DNA of 64,000 bases from Corallochytrium limacisporum Hawaii (GCA_002811645.1 PDIP01000082.1:112580-176579); one strand, 5' to 3'; shown: positions 41,717 through 54,300, counted from the first letter of the stretch. Translations and numbers: made by a program. The notes: generated by a model from the sequence alone, not told the origin.

Positions 41717-44686
41717 ATGTTCAAACGAATCTTCGGCGGGACTACCCCTGAACACAAGGATCCCGACTTCTCAGAAGTCCAAACATATAAAGATCCTCCC
41801 CCTTATAACCCTCCAGACCTTGATTTGGACCGTATTCGTGTTATGGTATATCGGGATATTCCGAACCATGACCGCATTGTCCTGCTAGACTCTGATTACG
41901 GTGGACCAACAGGGCCCGAAGAACCGGAGCCGGAGCATTGCAAGGACAAGAACGCAGGAACAGGAGCCCAACGGCAGAATTCGCGATGGAAGTATGGTGC
42001 CAACGATGCCGAGCTGATCGGAGAAATGGTCTTTGGCACACTGCCACTGCACACAAAGGGTATGGCGGTCAAAATCCATCACCTTAAGAATCCCAATCGG
42101 ATTATGATCACGCGAATTTTTTCCATCCGACAGAAAGAAGCCGTCCCACAGGTGAGCAGGAATACGAGCCGGGTTCAGCTCCAAACCATCACTCTCGCAG
42201 AGGATGAGGCAGAGAACACTGGTGATTCATCGCAACGGTTCACTGTGACAACTAATTCGGAACAACAAGGAGGTAGAATATCACCAATGCAGGGAGGTAG
42301 AATCTCTCCGCTTGCAACTGTTGGCGCTGGCGTCAGCGAATCACGCGAGAGTACCTCCAGAAGAGGACTAGACTCCATTTTGGCAGATTTTAAGGCCCAT
42401 GCGGATGAAGGGCAGACTTTGAAACCCATCACTAAGGTCTCTCAACACAATTCTTCACCATCGCTGTCTTCGGAAAAGCCGATGAGTGAGACAGTCTCGT
42501 CAAACATGTCTTCCAGAGCAGCATCGCTCAAGGTTAAGGATGGCCAGCGGGTACGTAAGGATCCTGGTGCTAAAATGGGGTTCCATTCTCGTCGCATGGA
42601 CAGAGGCAAACAATTTAGTATCGAGTACGGAAGATTCCGCACAACCGTGGTGTCGTCCACAGGGAAGTCAGTAGAAAAGCGAACGACCAAAACAGCGCAG
42701 CCCAACAACCCCAGTGTAGCCCCGAAACAGGTGCAAGCCATCAAAGGAGCACTTGCGAAATCAAGTTTGAAACCCCCGCAAGTAGGGGTCACACAGCAAC
42801 GTCCTTCTCGTCATCGCCAGGTCCTGTACGGCATTGCGATCATCATTAACTTTATGGCAAAGGGCTCTGCCGATCATCCCCATCGTGAGCGCCCTAATCT
42901 CATTCTGTACCACCTGATCTTCAGTCACTACACATTGATTGATTTGCATTTGCATCAATTTCAGACTGCAATTGCCAGCGCGCTGTTGTTTGGAAGTGCA
43001 ACCGGACCCATCACGTCCACAACTCAATCGTTCGACAAACAGCTAACTCAGGGAAATGGGGTAGCCCGGCGCAGGCCGCGCATCGAACCATTTATGTTTC
43101 AGAATTCTGTGGAGCTTCTTAGAGGTGTTGCTGATGTGAAACAACAGGTGGTCCGCCTGTACCATATGGAGAGAATCTCGGACCCAGCTTGGTTGAATAT
43201 GGTGTCATTCCGGGGAACAGTAAGAAGAACTCAGACTCTTAAGGTCATGCAGACACTGGCACAGTTGATCCGGATGTACGACGGCAAGGGGCAGAAATAT
43301 TTCATTTCCAAAATCCTCACTGCCGTCCTACATTTTCATCTCGGCTGGGTACCAACCGTAGCACCGTCCAGCCACAAAGCCGCGGATCATCTGGAAAAGA
43401 GGCAGGTCGATCATTTGGAAATTTCGGGGAAGCTATTGCCATACTCTCCTCTATGGGCGCAACTGTGTGATCTTTACGGAAATGTGGGACCTCAGAATCG
43501 TCTGGCTCGAACACTGATTGTGGGCCGAGACGCAAATCTCATCAGGAAGATTCTTCATATCCTAACGTACTTTATCAGGTGCAATGAGGTGTTTGAAGAC
43601 GATTTCAAATTGGATGGGTTAGAACGTGGTGAATTTCTGAACCTTGACGAAGAGGTGGACAGCATGCATAGTAGATCCGAGGCAGAAGACACAGAACAGT
43701 TGACTTTGCATGCCACCGCTCAGATGGCCCAAGCAAGGGCAGCAGAAAAGCTGGCAGCAAAGATCGCAAGGGAGAAAACACTGCAGACAGATGGGTCGGA
43801 AGAAGTACCGGAGACATCACAGAGCAACTTAAGCCTAGATGTTGATGAGATTGACGAGTACATGCGAGATATCGATATTGCCGCCCGCATTCGCGCGTTG
43901 CCCGAAGACGACACCGATGACTCAGACAGTCAGGGCCTTGAGGCAATGAATTTGGTCGACCTACCCTTGCCGAAAACCACCAGAGTCAAGGAGCTTCCCA
44001 ATCCCAACAACCTGTCAAGTGGGCCCCATGATTCTCTCTATTCTACCAACACTATGATCAGTCGGCTCTTAGGCCGTAGTCTTCTCGGTGGTTACACTGA
44101 CGAATACGTTGCGGGTATGGTCATGATGGGTCTTCCACAGCTTGATGAAGAACGATTGGCCGTTGACTTGAAACATTCGCTGAAGTACAGCCTGATAGAT
44201 GAGCCGATTGATGAAGCCGTAGCGATCGTAGGGGACGCGGATAACTTCAACGTTCGCGTTTTGAGCACGGCGACGCACATTGGTGATCAGTCTAAGAAAG
44301 AGTCAAGCAACAGTGACCTCAGTGTGCTCCGCGTGGACGCAAGCAATTTCCTTGTCAAGAGTATGCAGACTTTCTTAAAGATGGTGCAGGTAGGCCTGGA
44401 TCCTACTCTCTGTCGCAGGTTTATTGAAGACAAGTTACGCGATGTTTATCATCGAAGCAAGGTCTTGGCTGTATATCTGGAAGGAAACCAGGAGGATGGA
44501 GCTGTCGATGCGCAGCGGATAACGCCTCAGAGTGTCTGGAAGCGGTTTGGATGGCCTGAAAGTGATTTCAGTCTTTACCTGACAGTTGCAAGCACTCATT
44601 CAACCGTTGCTCTAGAATACTTCCGCGATGTTGATCCCCACAAATGCGTCCCTGTGCCTGTGCCTGGATCGCCACGCCACCCTTGA
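41717..44686 (+). CDS. Folliculin-interacting protein (FNIP1/2, Lst4 family)
   Basis: IRVMVYRD...VLLDS, LIGEMVFGT...KIH, TAVLHFHLGWVPTV, PYSPLWAQLCDLYG, LTYFIRC, GRSLLGGY...Y, EPIDEAVAIVGD, VASTHS. Confidence 0.92.
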   Translation: MFKRIFGGTTPEHKDPDFSEVQTYKDPPPYNPPDLDLDRIRVMVYRDIPNHDRIVLLDSDYGGPTGPEEPEPEHCKDKNAGTGAQRQNSRWKYGANDAELIGEMVFGTLPLHTKGMAVKIHHLKNPNRIMITRIFSIRQKEAVPQVSRNTSRVQLQTITLAEDEAENTGDSSQRFTVTTNSEQQGGRISPMQGGRISPLATVGAGVSESRESTSRRGLDSILADFKAHADEGQTLKPITKVSQHNSSPSLSSEKPMSETVSSNMSSRAASLKVKDGQRVRKDPGAKMGFHSRRMDRGKQFSIEYGRFRTTVVSSTGKSVEKRTTKTAQPNNPSVAPKQVQAIKGALAKSSLKPPQVGVTQQRPSRHRQVLYGIAIIINFMAKGSADHPHRERPNLILYHLIFSHYTLIDLHLHQFQTAIASALLFGSATGPITSTTQSFDKQLTQGNGVARRRPRIEPFMFQNSVELLRGVADVKQQVVRLYHMERISDPAWLNMVSFRGTVRRTQTLKVMQTLAQLIRMYDGKGQKYFISKILTAVLHFHLGWVPTVAPSSHKAADHLEKRQVDHLEISGKLLPYSPLWAQLCDLYGNVGPQNRLARTLIVGRDANLIRKILHILTYFIRCNEVFEDDFKLDGLERGEFLNLDEEVDSMHSRSEAEDTEQLTLHATAQMAQARAAEKLAAKIAREKTLQTDGSEEVPETSQSNLSLDVDEIDEYMRDIDIAARIRALPEDDTDDSDSQGLEAMNLVDLPLPKTTRVKELPNPNNLSSGPHDSLYSTNTMISRLLGRSLLGGYTDEYVAGMVMMGLPQLDEERLAVDLKHSLKYSLIDEPIDEAVAIVGDADNFNVRVLSTATHIGDQSKKESSNSDLSVLRVDASNFLVKSMQTFLKMVQVGLDPTLCRRFIEDKLRDVYHRSKVLAVYLEGNQEDGAVDAQRITPQSVWKRFGWPESDFSLYLTVASTHSTVALEYFRDVDPHKCVPVPVPGSPRHP

Positions 44687-44886
44687 AGATGAGCATACAT
44701 AACAAATTGAACTACATGTTGCAATTCGCATGCATGAATCTGACAACTGCGTTTTGTGAACTATCGACAAGGAGCTAACCCCGTCCCCGCGAGTGGACAC
44801 TGTCGAGAATTCCATCGCGAAAATGGAGAATGTACTAAAGAGCTAGATGTACAAGTTGAAAGTGTTATTTGTTAAAAACTGTATTT

Positions 44887-46413
44887 TTAAATATCAGAGT
44901 CCACAAATCGGTTCTGGTAAACTTCATGGACTGAATCCGGGATCGCCTTTTCAGATTCCAGCTTACTGAACTCTTCTTCACTGAGTATATGGAAATTCTT
45001 GCGAGTACACACATAATGAATTAGCTCGCCAGTCATGGGTGAAGTGACAGGAGCAATGGTGGCTTCACACGTCAGTGCCTGGCCATTTTTACGTCGGCCA
45101 ATGAGGAGACCATGCCAAGGCTCTTTCAGAGCGCTTTTGATCGCGGCTTGTTGCAGTGCTGACTTATACAGAGGACACAGATGGCAGCCTCCGATGCTCA
45201 CCGCTCGCTTGCCAACTACTTCGTTGAATGTGTATCCCATAACAATCTCCCATGTATGGTCTACATATATAAGTGTGTGGTCAGGGGCAATCATCTCAAC
45301 ACTGAAGAGAGTCGCCGCGGACGCTTTGTTCTTTACGCTTTCGTTTTCCCCTGCCAGAAGACTGCGTTGCTCACTGAATTTCTTTTCCCGACTCTGAGCC
45401 TCACGAATGAAGTCAGCAGCACGCTTAATGAGCTCATGTCGAGGCAAAGGTTGTTTACCATCATTTGCGCCAGGCAAGGTTAGGGCAAGCTCCTTAATAC
45501 TCTTTTGCAGCTTCTGACGGCTCCGTTCCTCGGCTGCTTTATGGCGTTCCATTCGTCCCTGTTTCGGTTCTCCAGCTGTCCGCTTTTTGGCTTTCTTGGG
45601 AACGTCCTTGGTCTCTGAGTCCCCTTCATCGTCAACAGTTTCTTCGGTATTTTCACGCTTACGTGTGATGTTGGGAGTGATCACTGGGAGATTCATGTTT
45701 TGGAACATCTGCTCGCGTTCCTTGGCACCTTCGTCATGAGTGTCGCTGGGACTGTCGGCATTTTCCTCGTCATTCTCCGAAGGCACAGGATCCGGCTTAT
45801 CATTGTTGCTACTTCTGTCTAGCTCCGAGAAGAAGTTCCAGAAGCGCTCCTCATCATTTTGAGACTCCCTGTCGTGCAACCTCAAGGTGCTTTGGATTGT
45901 GTCCCACACAGGGGCGGCAGCGCCCGGCTCAGACAAAGCCACTGCCTGAGAGGCCCACGCATTTGCTGCTACATCATCCAGAATATTGCCAATGTCACCA
46001 GACAGGGTACCATCATCGACAGCATTAGTGCTGAAACGGTTGTTCACGTTGTGACGAATAAATGGTTCGCCAGCAGAGCACACTAGCATTTGCCCCGGTG
46101 GGAGAAACTCGAGGTCGTCAATGAGCACACCCAAATCAGTATATAGTCTTGGCACCGATCCTGCAGGGAGACTTTCCTTGTAAACGTGTTCCCAGCTTCT
46201 CTTGGCAGCCTCTTCAAGACTCAGAGAAGTATCGATGCGGAATGTACGAGCTGAACGCACATCAAACGTGCCATCATTCTTGAGTAGGGTTACAAAGGTT
46301 AGTGGAGCCATCGAAGACCGCTCTGTGGACACAGGCGACAGAAGGCTGTTGTGAGGCGAAGAGCTGTCCATTATTGCACTCTCTACTTGACCACCATTCA
46401 AAATGGAAACCAT
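44887..46413 (-). CDS. Doublecortin-like (beta-grasp) + bHLH-leucine zipper + PAS domain transcription factor
   Basis: DCX-like VTLLKN...RLYTDLGVLIDDLEFLPPGQMLVCSAGEPF; bHLH RHKAAEERSRQKLQKSIKELALTLP...HELIKRAADFI plus zipper; PAS LIYVDHTWEIVMGYTFNEVVGK...WHGLLIGRRKNG...IHYVC. First ATG is at 46413. Confidence 0.8.
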   Translation of the reverse strand: MVSILNGGQVESAIMDSSSPHNSLLSPVSTERSSMAPLTFVTLLKNDGTFDVRSARTFRIDTSLSLEEAAKRSWEHVYKESLPAGSVPRLYTDLGVLIDDLEFLPPGQMLVCSAGEPFIRHNVNNRFSTNAVDDGTLSGDIGNILDDVAANAWASQAVALSEPGAAAPVWDTIQSTLRLHDRESQNDEERFWNFFSELDRSSNNDKPDPVPSENDEENADSPSDTHDEGAKEREQMFQNMNLPVITPNITRKRENTEETVDDEGDSETKDVPKKAKKRTAGEPKQGRMERHKAAEERSRQKLQKSIKELALTLPGANDGKQPLPRHELIKRAADFIREAQSREKKFSEQRSLLAGENESVKNKASAATLFSVEMIAPDHTLIYVDHTWEIVMGYTFNEVVGKRAVSIGGCHLCPLYKSALQQAAIKSALKEPWHGLLIGRRKNGQALTCEATIAPVTSPMTGELIHYVCTRKNFHILSEEEFSKLESEKAIPDSVHEVYQNRFVDSDI

Positions 46414-49400
46414 AATGCTGATATCGTACCTGCCCGTACAAGCCGTACTTGCTTTGGGTTCGACAAAACATGGAAAATTCTGTGTTATTGATCTGCCCCT
46501 GAAGACCCAAATACCATTTTTCCTGACTGACAACTGGTGTACTTTATGGAAAATTTATTTGTGCAAAGAGCAATCGGCACTTCACGCAAACACCACTATT
46601 TTCTCGACATTTACAAGTTGCGCAGGTCGACCTCACGTCAACATTCCTACCAACAAGAATATTGAACGAAGCTGCCCCAAGGGGGGGGGGAGGTGGTGTC
46701 CAAAGAAAGGGCAAAGGAGTACAATTCCCAAATTGTTTTGTGTCAGCGAAGAGTTTGAAAATCCCTGGCCGTTGGCCCCCCCCCCCCCCCGGGAGGCTCC
46801 CCAGGGAACGGGTACACAGTAGTGATTACGTACATTCCGCAAAAAAACAAGCCACACCAACGGAGAAAACTGCCCTCCCCATCGAGATTTTTTTGAAGTT
46901 TTTCTTCACGTCCTTCGATCTTATGCCCGCGAGTACTGTGACATCCTTTCTATAGTCATTCTATGGGGGAGTGAGGGTGCCATCTTTTTTGTGAGCCGGT
47001 CAGGAGCTCGCACCGTCCGATGCGTTCGATGACTCTCTTGGTTTCTCCGCTTTGTTCACATTTGCAACGGGTATACGTTTACTATAAGGTGCACCTCCGC
47101 AATAACTGGTCAGCCGCCTTCCAATGTGTAGAAATTTTTGCCGCTCGTGCCGAATCACGCAAAAACTCTATGCGCGAACAATAGGACAACCACAAGCGGC
47201 CGGAGCCACACTACTAACCAAGAAAGGAGGGAAACCATTGGCCATACGTGCCGCTCCATATTAATGAAGATAGGAGCCGAGAAATGATAGTCCATTGGAC
47301 ATGCAAAGAATGCGCTACATCGAAAACACCTCCCCCCTCCTTCGGGGCGGGGGGAGGGGGGGGGGGAGAGGCTGGAACTCTGGGCAAGGGAGTCTTGCGG
47401 GGTCTCAGCCACAACGAGCGAAACGTGTGCTGTAGATGCAAGGGATCTGCGGCAACACCTTCGAAAGTGTCATCATCCAGCGGCTCGCTTATTGGACATC
47501 CATAAACTGTCCCCAAAGCGTGCATGTAAGCATGTTCTTCTAGCATGTCCCTCCGAGCGGGCGATTCGCCACCAATCCAAGACTCTACTCTTCGGGCGCT
47601 CACAGCGACACTGTCTGATCAGTTTGGCTCGTTTTCGCCTCACCAGTCTTCAACGCGTGCCAATTTTACCTCGCGTCCAAGCGCAAAAACCATCGTGTGC
47701 GTCACGGGACGCTTTTGGTCAAACTGCCGGGGTTTCACTATTGGAAAAGAGAACACAGAGAAAAACACCTTGAAAAAAAAATCGTGCGGGTTTCCTACTG
47801 AGTTCTCCACATCAGCGAGAACGGTCTGGTGACGCTTTGCTTCTGTTTCAGTTCCTTCTGTAGTTTACGACTTGCAGAGCATTCGTTTTCTCACACGCAT
47901 GCACGCCATGCGCATGAAGAACTCATCTCTTAGCGGACCCGACGCGTCTTGCGCTTGCGTAGAGGGCCTCCAGGCCCGGTTTGTCGAAGGGACCGACCCT
48001 TCTTCGTTGATGCGCTCTAGATGAAGGTTCGAGACCCTCCCGAACCCATGTCTCCCTGAATCAACTATTTGAAATATATCGAATCAAATGGAAATGGAAT
48101 ATAGTATATATACAATGCATTGATTTCATTTTTGTTCACTGAGGGACGTGCTCTGAAATCCAATTTCACAATTTGGGGAACAAAAAGTCATAGGAAAAGA
48201 TGGCCTGATCGCAAAAAAATTTTGATCTCTATTTCTATATGATTCCAAATATATTCTTAAATCTTTGGGGTCCTTGACCACATGTTTTTGTGGTCCATCG
48301 GTCCCGCAACTTTTGAGTGGTGCTGCCAGTGTATCTATAGTTGCGAGCGGTAATTTTTCCGGCCTAAAGATCAGCACACACCATGGACACAAGTGTGCGA
48401 TCAGTCAGGAGACATCCTACAATCTACAGTTTCTCTATACAATACTACATTTGTAGATAGCGTTCACCATGCCCACGGCGCAACGAGATTGAAACGCATT
48501 GAGGCGACCATCATGGCATGGGGATATCGATGTGGTGACAGCATTGCCACAACAAACGTAAATTATGAGCGGGCAGCTCGGTGGTAAGAGTCAAAGTAGC
48601 ACTATGATCCTCGGACACGTCTGTACAGTCGTTCGCCAAGAAGACTCTAAAACGTCACTGTTCATCGGGACGCCGTGTCGTTCCGTATTTCTCTGTTTTT
48701 GCGAGTTTGTGTTTGTTGTGAGGTATGTGTGTGGGACCGTGCACACCCATACCCAATGGAGGCCATTTGCTTTTCAACCAGCTGTGTGATTTACGGGAGT
48801 GGTCGGCCAAGACCATGCCCGTTTTTGGAATGCTTGCAGCTAAAGCTCCTTTTATCTTGTGCCATCTGACCGTTCCTTAAGCACATCTTAACCCCAAGTG
48901 TATAATCGAGGGAAAGACGGCAGCACTAAGCGGTGGAATCGGCAAGACTTCTAATCTAACCACCTTTCTATCCATGCAAAGGCATTCCTATCCCCCCTGA
49001 ACTTCATCTCTTGTTCATCATCGTCCACGAGAATTCAGATGCACATTGCTTGCACAAAAACCTCGTGTGTTGATGTGCTTCCGCTCATGCCCAGGTCTAT
49101 CGTATTTCTTATATGATGTTCTAGCTCCCCGCCCCCCGGGGGGGGGGTTCCTATACCTCACTGAGACGAGATATAGTCGACATTTCCGCACCAGGCAAAG
49201 CAAGACATCCGGAAGCATGTTACATCATTGGAGATCCATGAGCAGATGTAAATACACCGAAGAGGCAATGCAACAACCTGCGCTCCATGAAATGGACACC
49301 ACCCCTCTCCCCCCCGGGGGGAAGGGAGGAGGGGCACCGGATCTCTGACCTAAGGATGCAACAATATGGAAGGACTCTTCCGAATATGTCAGGATTGCAT

Positions 49401-51395
49401 TGTGATTGTATACACACAGGCCTAGCTTGTTTGCGGCTATTGCACCTGTCTTGGTATCAGACAGCAGTGTCCCAGCACCACTCCTCCCGTTCCCATTTAC
49501 TGATCTGATCGTTTCATTCCCCGTCCGCAAATATTTGTTTCTCGTCACCTTGGCGAACACAGTCAGCGTGTAATAGTAAAATGTTCACCACCCTGTCCTC
49601 CTTTTATTGTCCGGACCTTTGTACGGCGCTTGGATTTGGAACTCGTTGGTCCATTTGCACGCCCACGCGCTGTAGAGTACAAAAATTTACTATGGTCGCA
49701 CAACGCATTGATTTTCTCCGACACAGAAAGACTGAGCTCACTCCGAAAACCCCGGGCGCCCTCCTTTAATGCCGGAAACGAGGAGCCCTGCTCGTGCCTC
49801 CCGGCCGAGACGCTAGGAGACGACTTCCTACCCCTCCCCTTGGTAGTTCTTTCGGGGTGAGGGAACAACGCCCACACGGAATAAGAGAAGACGTCAGGGA
49901 CTATTACAACTGTGAAGAAAATCGTTCGGGGAATTTGTCCCTCGCGGGAGACGTGAGATCTTCACAAGCATAGCACGATTATAATTTCTAAGCGCAACCA
50001 TATAAAACTTTGCTGGTGACCACCACCCCCTCACATTGGAAATTGCTGGCCAAGGCAAGCTCTTGTGACACAACGACAGGCACAGACCGCCACATCAGCA
50101 GACCACTATTAAGGTAGCGGTACAAGGGCGACCTGAAACAAAATACCGGAGAGGCTGGTTATCGGTGTGACTTAGGCACATGTAGTCCGATGATGTAGAC
50201 AAAATAGGAACCAGGATGAAAATCTTTCATCCTTCCAAACTCTTGTGTTTTGATGACACGAAAGTATAAAAAAAAGAAAGGAAACTGCGCGCGAAAGGTT
50301 GACTGGGTGGGTTGGGCAGCAAGAACTGAGTACAGCCCACGGGAAATTGTGAGAAGACTTGTATATGGTCTTAAAATGTGTTGGGTCATGCACCACGCTT
50401 TTGTTCAAAGTACACCGTTTGAAAAATATGCTTATCACGCAGGTCACCATACTAGATTTCCGACGAGAATTCTTTAAGGTATGGAAGGAACGGGGAGGAA
50501 GAAAACGGAGGGGAACGAAGCCGTACTGATCAGGAAACAGTGGCAACTGGTGGCGGTGACAGAGACCATGCCAAGAGTCGAATAAGATTTGTGTGGCTTC
50601 CTAATGCTGAATGTGTGACCTGCCGGATTCCAAACCAGTGGGACACCTGGTTTTCACCCGGCGCCGGGGTGGACGAAAAAGGGACGGGTGGGGAGCAGGA
50701 TGGTCGACCTTGGGTTCACTAGTCTTGGTCTTTAGCCCGCGGCCCCGGCCTCGCCTGAAAGTAAACGGAGTACTCGTAGTATCGAACGAAGAGCCCTTCG
50801 CTACCGGAGCTTGTATGCTTGACCCACCGCACGCAGCACGTTTCCCACATTGGAACTCGCCGCGGGAGATTGTGATACAAGAGAGGGAGTCGAAGACAGG
50901 AAATCGAAGACTGAGGAAAAGTGGACCTCCATTTAAGCCAGAATACTATTTTCTGGCGTCATTGGCAAAAAAGTGTGCTAAGACCTTACCTCCACCAGGA
51001 GCGGGAGGCCAAGGGGAGGTCGGCAGACAGGAAGCATACCCGAAGAGGGGTAGGGAAAGGGAGAGAATGGGGGGAAGGGGTGGAGAAGGAAGGGGAGAGG
51101 GGGGAAGGAACAAAGATTGGGTTTCCGTGTCACATCTGGTGGAGAACTACTTGCGCACAGTTCACCTACACCATGTTCTTGGGTAGACAGCCTCCAAAGG
51201 TCGAACACAACACAGATTGGTTCAGAAGATGCCTCTCTTGGCACAGCATTGTCTGGAATGGAATCAAAAGCTTGATCTTTATAGGTCATGGGACCAGATG
51301 AGCAACTACTTAAGATTTTGCTCCGCCTCTCCTTAACAGAATCATTTCCTGTGCTGTGCAATTGTTTTAGATAAAAAATTTAATCGTCGATTAGG

Positions 51396-54300
51396 ATGAA
51401 CTCCAAAGACGATATAGCCGTGGCGGCTCCGGACAGTGCTCCGGAGTACAGCCCGTCGGATGGCACAGACAGCAGTGCGAGTGGGGAGAATGATGCCCCG
51501 CAGAAGATTTCTGATGATGTGTACGCGGAACCGAAAGAAAAGGGAGTTTCTGAAAAGGAACAAGAAGCCAACATGGATAAAGCCGCTGCCATGGCCATCA
51601 CTGAGATCAAGGAATCTGAAAAGGAAGAATCGGAGGAAAAGACTGAACTTGTAGGAACCTTGGAGCTGTTCAAATATGCTGATAAGACAGACTACATGTG
51701 GATCAGCATCGGCCTTTTGGGTGCTGGTATACACGGAGTGGTTCTTCCGATGACGATGTTTTTGCTTGGTGAGGTATTCCAAAGCTTTGGAGACTTTGCA
51801 ATTAATCCGGTTCCGGATAGCCCACAAGCAGACAAACTTCTCGAGGATGGTCGCGAATACGGTTTGTATTTCACTTACCTTGCTATTGGTGCACTGGTCG
51901 GATCTTACCTACAAGTGGCGGGTTTTAAAATAGCAGCCGAGAACCAAGGTATGCGAATGCGCAAAATGTACTTTGATAAAGTACTACGCATGAATATGGG
52001 ATGGTTCGATGAGCACACTGGAGGGGAGCTCACGAGCCGAATTAGTACCGGTGTCAATGATATTCAAGACGGTATCAACGACAAATTTGCATTGATTATC
52101 CAGGGTCTGGCAACATTGTTCGCAGGTCTGGTTATTGCTTTTGTGTCAAGCTGGCGTCTAACTCTCTTCACCCTGGCTTTAATGCCAGCGTTGTTGATAA
52201 CTGGTACACTTTTCACAAAGTCCGCAGTGAAATCTGTGGAAGAAGGTCTTGGGGAATACGGTGGCGCGGGCGCATTGGCAGAACAGGTATTCTACTCAAT
52301 CCGTACAGTTGCAGCTTTCGGCGCTGAACAAAAAGAGATTGATCGGTATAAGAGCAAGCTTGTGGTCGCGAGGAAGGCGGGCATTAAGAAAGCTCTCTAC
52401 AACGGTCTTGGATTTGGTTCTGTCATGTTGGTCATGTTCGTTATCTACGGCGCTGTCTTCTACTATGCATCACGACTTATCAAGGAGGGCAAAGATGGAG
52501 TCGATGGCACCATCTCTGCTTTCTTCTCTGTGATTGTTGCCAGCTTTTCACTCACCAATTGCACCCCCTCTTTCGAGGCTCTGATGAAGGCACGTGCTTC
52601 TGCTAAGTTTATTTTTGACATCATGGACTCCGAATCTTCCATCGATCCCCTGGAGGAAGATTCAAGCAAGATTTCTGCAGAGCAACTGAGAGAAAGAGAT
52701 TTCACCATTGAGTTGAAGGACGTAAAGTTTGCTTACCCTACTCGTAAGGAACAGAATGCCCTGGATGGCGTGACCATACACGTGAAGGCAGGGGAACACG
52801 TCGCCTTGGTCGGTGCGTCTGGCAGTGGTAAGAGCACCATCGTAGGTCTCCTGGAGAGGTTCTACGACATTGATGAAGGTGAGATGAAAGTCTGTGGTTA
52901 TCCGATTCAAGACGTTCATCCCGCAGCCCTTCGAAATGATATTGGTTATGTTGGTCAGGAACCCGTATTGTTCAACATGAGCATTGCCGAGAACATTAAA
53001 CTCGGCAAACCGGGGGCTTCAGACAAGGAAGTTGAGGAATCTGCCAAGCTTGCCAATGCTCACAAGTTCATTTCTAAGTTACCCGATGGCTACAACACCA
53101 ACGTTGGAACTCGCGGAGGGCGCTTATCTGGTGGACAAAAGCAGCGTATTGCGATCGCACGTGCCATCATCAGCAACCCAAAGTTGCTCATTCTGGATGA
53201 GGCCACAAGTGCACTTGATTCGGAATCGGAAGAAATTGTGCAGAAGGCTATTGACCAGGCCTCCAATGGTCGCACGTCTGTTACCATTGCTCATCGCTTG
53301 CAAACTATTCGCAATGCTGATTGCATCTATGTCATGGCTCAAGGGAAGGTGATTGAGTCCGGTAATCACGAGGAATTGACTGCTAAAGGCGGTGTGTACG
53401 CCGAATTGGCTGCTGCCGGTGCTCATCGCAGGGAAAAGGACATCTCCGATGTGGACTCTGATGAATTGCTTCTCGAGGAGGAGGAGGAGCGCGCGAGGAA
53501 GATGGCTTCAATTGCCAAGGATCGCCCTCAGTCTTCTAAGAAGATTTCTTTGAAATCTCGAGGATCAATCAATGCAGATGGAGAGTTGGAAGTCCTCGAG
53601 ACACCCAAGGGACCTTTAAGCCGTGTGGCCAAGGATGCCCGTCCAGAGTGGTACTATTACGTGCCTGCTTCGATTACCTCTGCCATCCAAGGCATTGCTA
53701 TGCCTGCCTTTGGTCTTGCGTTCTCGGAGATTCTTTCGACGTTTACTGACCCTACAAGTGATGACTACGACAGAGACTCTCTCATCTACTCAATGGCATT
53801 CGTTGTGATCGGTGTCGTGTCTGGCTTTGCCAACTTTGCGTCCCCGGCTCTCATCGGGACTGCGGGCGAGAAGCTCACCGAGCGCTTGCGCGGCCAAAGC
53901 TTCGAAAAGCTTGTGCGAATGGATATTGCGTTCTACGATCGACCGGAGAACAGCAGTGGATCACTATCTACTGTTTTGGCGACTGATGCTAGCCTTGTGC
54001 AAGGTGTCTTTGGGCCCCGTCTTGGTGTGATCATCCAAGGGCTTGCTGCTTTGATCTTAGCTTTGGCAATCGGCTTTGCAAACGCCTGGAAGCTGGCGCT
54101 GGTAATTCTTGCTGTTGTGCCCCTGATGGTCGTGGCTGGTGCAATCCAGATGAAGGTCATTAACGGGTTCAGTTCTGAAGGCATGAAATTGTATGCCGAA
54201 TCTGGTGAGGTGATTACGGAGTCCATCAATGGTATTCGTACAGTCACATCCTTGAACGCCCAAAAGCGCTGGGAAAATGCGTATGACGAAGTTTTGGAAG

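Noticed and set aside
47975-48048. tRNA-like stretch (GGTTCGAGACC T-loop; GAAGGG/CCCTTC hairpin)
   Set aside because: There is no A-box/D-loop GG and no proper 7-nt anticodon loop, and the acceptor and T stems are mismatched. tRNAscan-SE would settle it.
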